Shown here: piece after piece, positions 60,763 to 64,000 of the stretch
Layout of the letters: each line of letters starts with the position of its first letter
How positions within the stretch are numbered: the stretch's first letter is position 1
DNA from: Basidiobolus meristosporus CBS 931.73
Lineage: Eukaryota; Fungi; Basidiobolomycota
Direction: 5' to 3'
NCBI GenBank assembly: GCA_002104905.1
Contig: MCFE01000100.1
Span: 62,001-126,000, forward strand
Length of the DNA: 64,000 nt
Notes under the pieces: model-generated
Told to the model about the DNA's origin: nothing
Database searches by the model: none
What the model saw: only the letters and a program-made list of their open reading frames with translations
Position numbers and translations under genes: made by a program

Positions 60763-63445
60763 TCAGTAGAATGGATAGCGCATGTTGTTGACCTTCATGG
60801 GATGCTTGTAGTCTGCTCGGATCCCCTGATACCCGGAGTGGTTCATCGGGACCGAAGTTGGCGGGGGGTAGGCGCCGTTCGAGTGGCTCGGCTCCCTCAG
60901 AAGCTTCCCTTGGATCCGCTTGCCGTAGGGGGTGTTCTTGATGAAGGGGATCATGGGCTTGATGCACTCGACCAACTGGGTTCGTTGCACCGGATCCGCG
61001 TAATCGAGCGCCGTCTGAACCACGTAGTTGGCGAACGAGTCTCGGAGCAGCTTTTCCAACTGCTCCGGGTTCAGGAGCTCCTCGATCAAGCCTTTGCGGG
61101 TCTCGGGGTCGGCGACTCGGATGCACTTCTCGATCACGTTCGAGCTGAACTTCTGCACCGAGAGAACACACACGCTGCCCCAGAAGGTTCGGATCAAGGG
61201 GCTGGAGAACTGCTCCTCCCCCAGGTCCAGCACGTACTGGACCACGTAGTTGCCAAAGGGGTCCTGCACAAGCTGTAACCCATTGGCCGTGATCTCGTTG
61301 ATCAGCTGGGCCTTCTGGGCGGGGGAAGCGTAGTCGATACACCTCTGGAACACGCAGCACCCGTGACGATGTGAGGCCACCTCGACGCAATGGCGGCTCA
61401 CGGCGTCGTAGATGAACTGTTTGTTCTCCGGCAGCATGGAGTTCAGGCACTTCTGGATCACATGATTCCCGTTGAGGTCCTTGATCAAGGGGACAACGCT
61501 CGGGGTCAGCGCAGCTATGACCAGCTGGATCTGCGTGGGGTTCGACAGGAACTCGATCAGCTTCTGGGCCGCGCGTGTTCCATGCATGTTTAGCGAGATG
61601 TTCACCAGCTCGGGTGCCACCTTGCCAACGAGGACGGTCCTCTGCTCGTCACTGGAGTACTCGAGCAGTTTCTGGCACAGGTAGTTCCCGAATGGGTCGG
61701 TCATGAGATCCACGAAATACCCGTTCACCTCGTCGAAGATCAGGTCGGTGTACGCCGGGTTCTGCTCCTCGAGTTTCTTCTGCAGGTAGCGGCACCCATG
61801 CTGGTCCCGGCACAACCCATGGACCTCCCCCATAAGGCTCTCCAGGCTGACCCCTTGGAACCGGCTCATCAGCTCGACATCGTTGGCGGATTTTTTGTGG
61901 CCCCCCTTGTTGGAGGATGGCTTGCCGTTCTTTCCGACCGCCTGGCCTGCCTTGGAGTAACCGTAACCGCTGTGGTGGTTGTTGATGGCCAGGCTCGCTG
62001 CCCCAAACTCTCCCTTGTAATGGCCCTCGTGGTAGCTGCCACCGCGCACCAACTTGGGCACCAGGTGACTGGGCTCCATGTCGTGACCGAAAGCCGACTG
62101 TTTGCGCATCCCTGGCCCCTGCTTCAGGTATTGGTGGCGGACGTCGTGTTCGTCTAGAACTGAGTAGCCATCGTCAAAGAAATCCGGAGTAAACAGGTTG
62201 TGACTCCGGGTCGAGCTGGGCACAGAGATCAAGTCGTTGTATGCGGTTAGATTCCCTCGGATGGGCTGGCTGTTCACCCTTCCAGAGGAAACAAAAGCTC
62301 CCCAATCGGCTCCGTGGACATCCTCAGACACCGCCAATGGATGGGGGACACCCGAGAATGAGGAAGTGGTGGAAAGCTACATCAGAGAGACAGTCAGGTT
62401 AGACTATGTGTGGAGGGAATCAGCTGCGCGTAGACGCTTACCTTGGCTGGGAATCTGTCCGCCTCATTGTGCATACGAGGGTTTCTATGGGCAAAAGCAC
62501 CGCCTAAAAATCAGGTTAGAATCCGTTCGAAGTGGCCAGGTGAACTTCTTGCCGTACCTTGATGAATGAAATTGCTGTCAAAGACGGACGCCAACCCACT
62601 GTGCCCATTCAGATTGGAATGCAAATCGTTGGTGGTGCTGTTGTACAGAATCTTGCTATCGTTCAGGTAGGATGCTCTGTTTAATGGACCGGTTAGACCT
62701 TGGGGTGCTGTGGAAGTGGCTCGCTGGATGGAAACTAACTCTTTTAGCTGATGCGGGTTCTCCTCGAGGTTGAGCTTATCGAAGCTTTCCCAAATATTAG
62801 TATCATCGCTGGGGAAACGCTTGTACAGGGTGTGGCTGCGAGTAGGTCCTTCAGCGCCCTGAGGGTCCATACCACGTCTATGCGAGAGTCCAGCATACTG
62901 CTCAGAGAAATCCGACTCCTGTGCCAGCATCTCGTTGTTGAAAGTAGATGGCATAGTATTGGCACGGTGTCTATTCTCAAGAAACACCGCCTTAGGTGGG
63001 GGAAGGTCAGATTGCAGCCTAGGAATACCAAAGTAGGACTACGTTTCATTAATCTAGATGCTCACAGAAGAGTAAGCGAAAGGGGAGTGTAGGTTACCTG
63101 TCGGGTAGCATCCTCGACCGGGCTGTCGAAGACGGTCCCGCGACGATCGTACGGGGTCGCTTGGAAGATCTCCTCGTTGGGACTGAAGGGGCTTTCGCGA
63201 AGGAAGTCGATCGAGGGATTGTTCGGATTGGGAGGCAAATCCTCCCGCGGGGAGAGCAACCTTTCACGCGAATTGGGCCGCTTTACGCGAACATCCAAAA
63301 CCTCACCAGGCGTAAAATCGGTATGCCGCTGAAGCAGGCCATCGCTCACTTTTAGGCTGAGAATGCCGGGCTTTCTTTTCGAAGCCTCATCAAGAGCGCT
63401 TTGGTCAGGCCCGCTTGAATCGAGGACAGTGCGTTCTTTCGACAT
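60763..63445 (-). CDS. PUF4: PUF (Pumilio-family) RNA-binding protein, Puf4-type; exons 63445-63098, 63038-62558, 62503-62442, 62376-60763; 834 aa
   Basis: Three GT-AG introns (59, 54 and 65 nt; CTAAC/TTAAT branch points) join the ORF pieces in frame (2505 nt). Eight PUF repeats with recognition residues CRQ, NYQ, TRQ, NHQ, CCQ, NYQ, SNE, NYQ, as in yeast Puf4 rather than Puf3. Orthology not tested phylogenetically. Confidence 0.92.
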
Positions 63446-64000
63446 GGATTGTCAGCTTTCTAGGAAACCCTGGGCGTACTTGTCGGGGTAATGTACAGTA
63501 CTATGAGGAAGTCAAAAACATCCCATTAAAATCGGGCCAAACAGAAGAAAACGTCGACAGGGCAGAAAAGAGCCGCCAGCACTACGTGCGCCCAGATCTG
63601 AGAGTGGGGAATACTTACGTGGAAAGAGAAACCGGTGGTCTGTGGAGTTGGGTAAATAGAATATCGAGGTTGCCGACAGATATTAGAGAAAATATAGTAT
63701 ACAAAGTGGAATTCTAACGACAGAGAGAACAAGCTCACCAAAGCAAGGATTTTGGTCAAATTAAGAAATTACGAAAAAGACAAAAACAAGATGGTGGTAT
63801 TTGTGCAATTGTAAGTGGGTGTTGGGTCTCTGGGTAATTGGCGCGATTCCGATGGATTTGCCCATCAATTTGGCCATCCTTGGACAATCCCATGTTATTC
63901 CTCAGAAATCATCGGATGGATTTGGGGTTGGGTGGTACAAGCCAGACGGACTGGTAAACAAATGGAATTGCGCATCCAGCGGGACGCGATCTTGACTCGC

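Noticed and set aside
60545-62569. Long plus-strand ORFs (60545-61450, 60802-61278, 61798-62157 and others)
   Set aside because: They are antisense shadows of the GC-rich PUF coding sequence and have no recognisable motifs.

Overview
Eukaryotic, most likely fungal, DNA: the host genes have 54-65 nt GT-AG introns, several with CTAAC branch points. Two CpG-rich host genes flank a ~58 kb, strongly CpG-depleted nest of transposable elements. At the left edge is an MFS monocarboxylate-transporter-like gene (minus strand, running off the window). At the right is a 4-exon Puf4-type PUF RNA-binding protein gene (minus strand, 834 aa). The nest holds two Ty1/copia families (A, ~350 bp LTR; B, ~369 bp LTR), both with the anticodon-loop (half-tRNA iMet) PBS GGTTATGAGCCC. 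It also holds a chromodomain Ty3/gypsy, a second gypsy family with 1071 bp LTRs and a tRNA-Lys PBS, an orphan solo LTR and old CACTA/EnSpm transposase fossils. The most unusual component is a PIF/Harbinger-superfamily (PHIS) DNA transposon system with AGACTTGTTC termini and ANT target sites (Pangu-like). It comprises one 4.8 kb copy with an intact DDE ORF and a divergent second ORF, a 210 bp MITE family, and a ~730 bp foldback family whose two ~347 bp arms appear to be homogenised within each copy. All alignments and mismatch counts were done by eye, no database search was run, and boundaries of old fragments are approximate.
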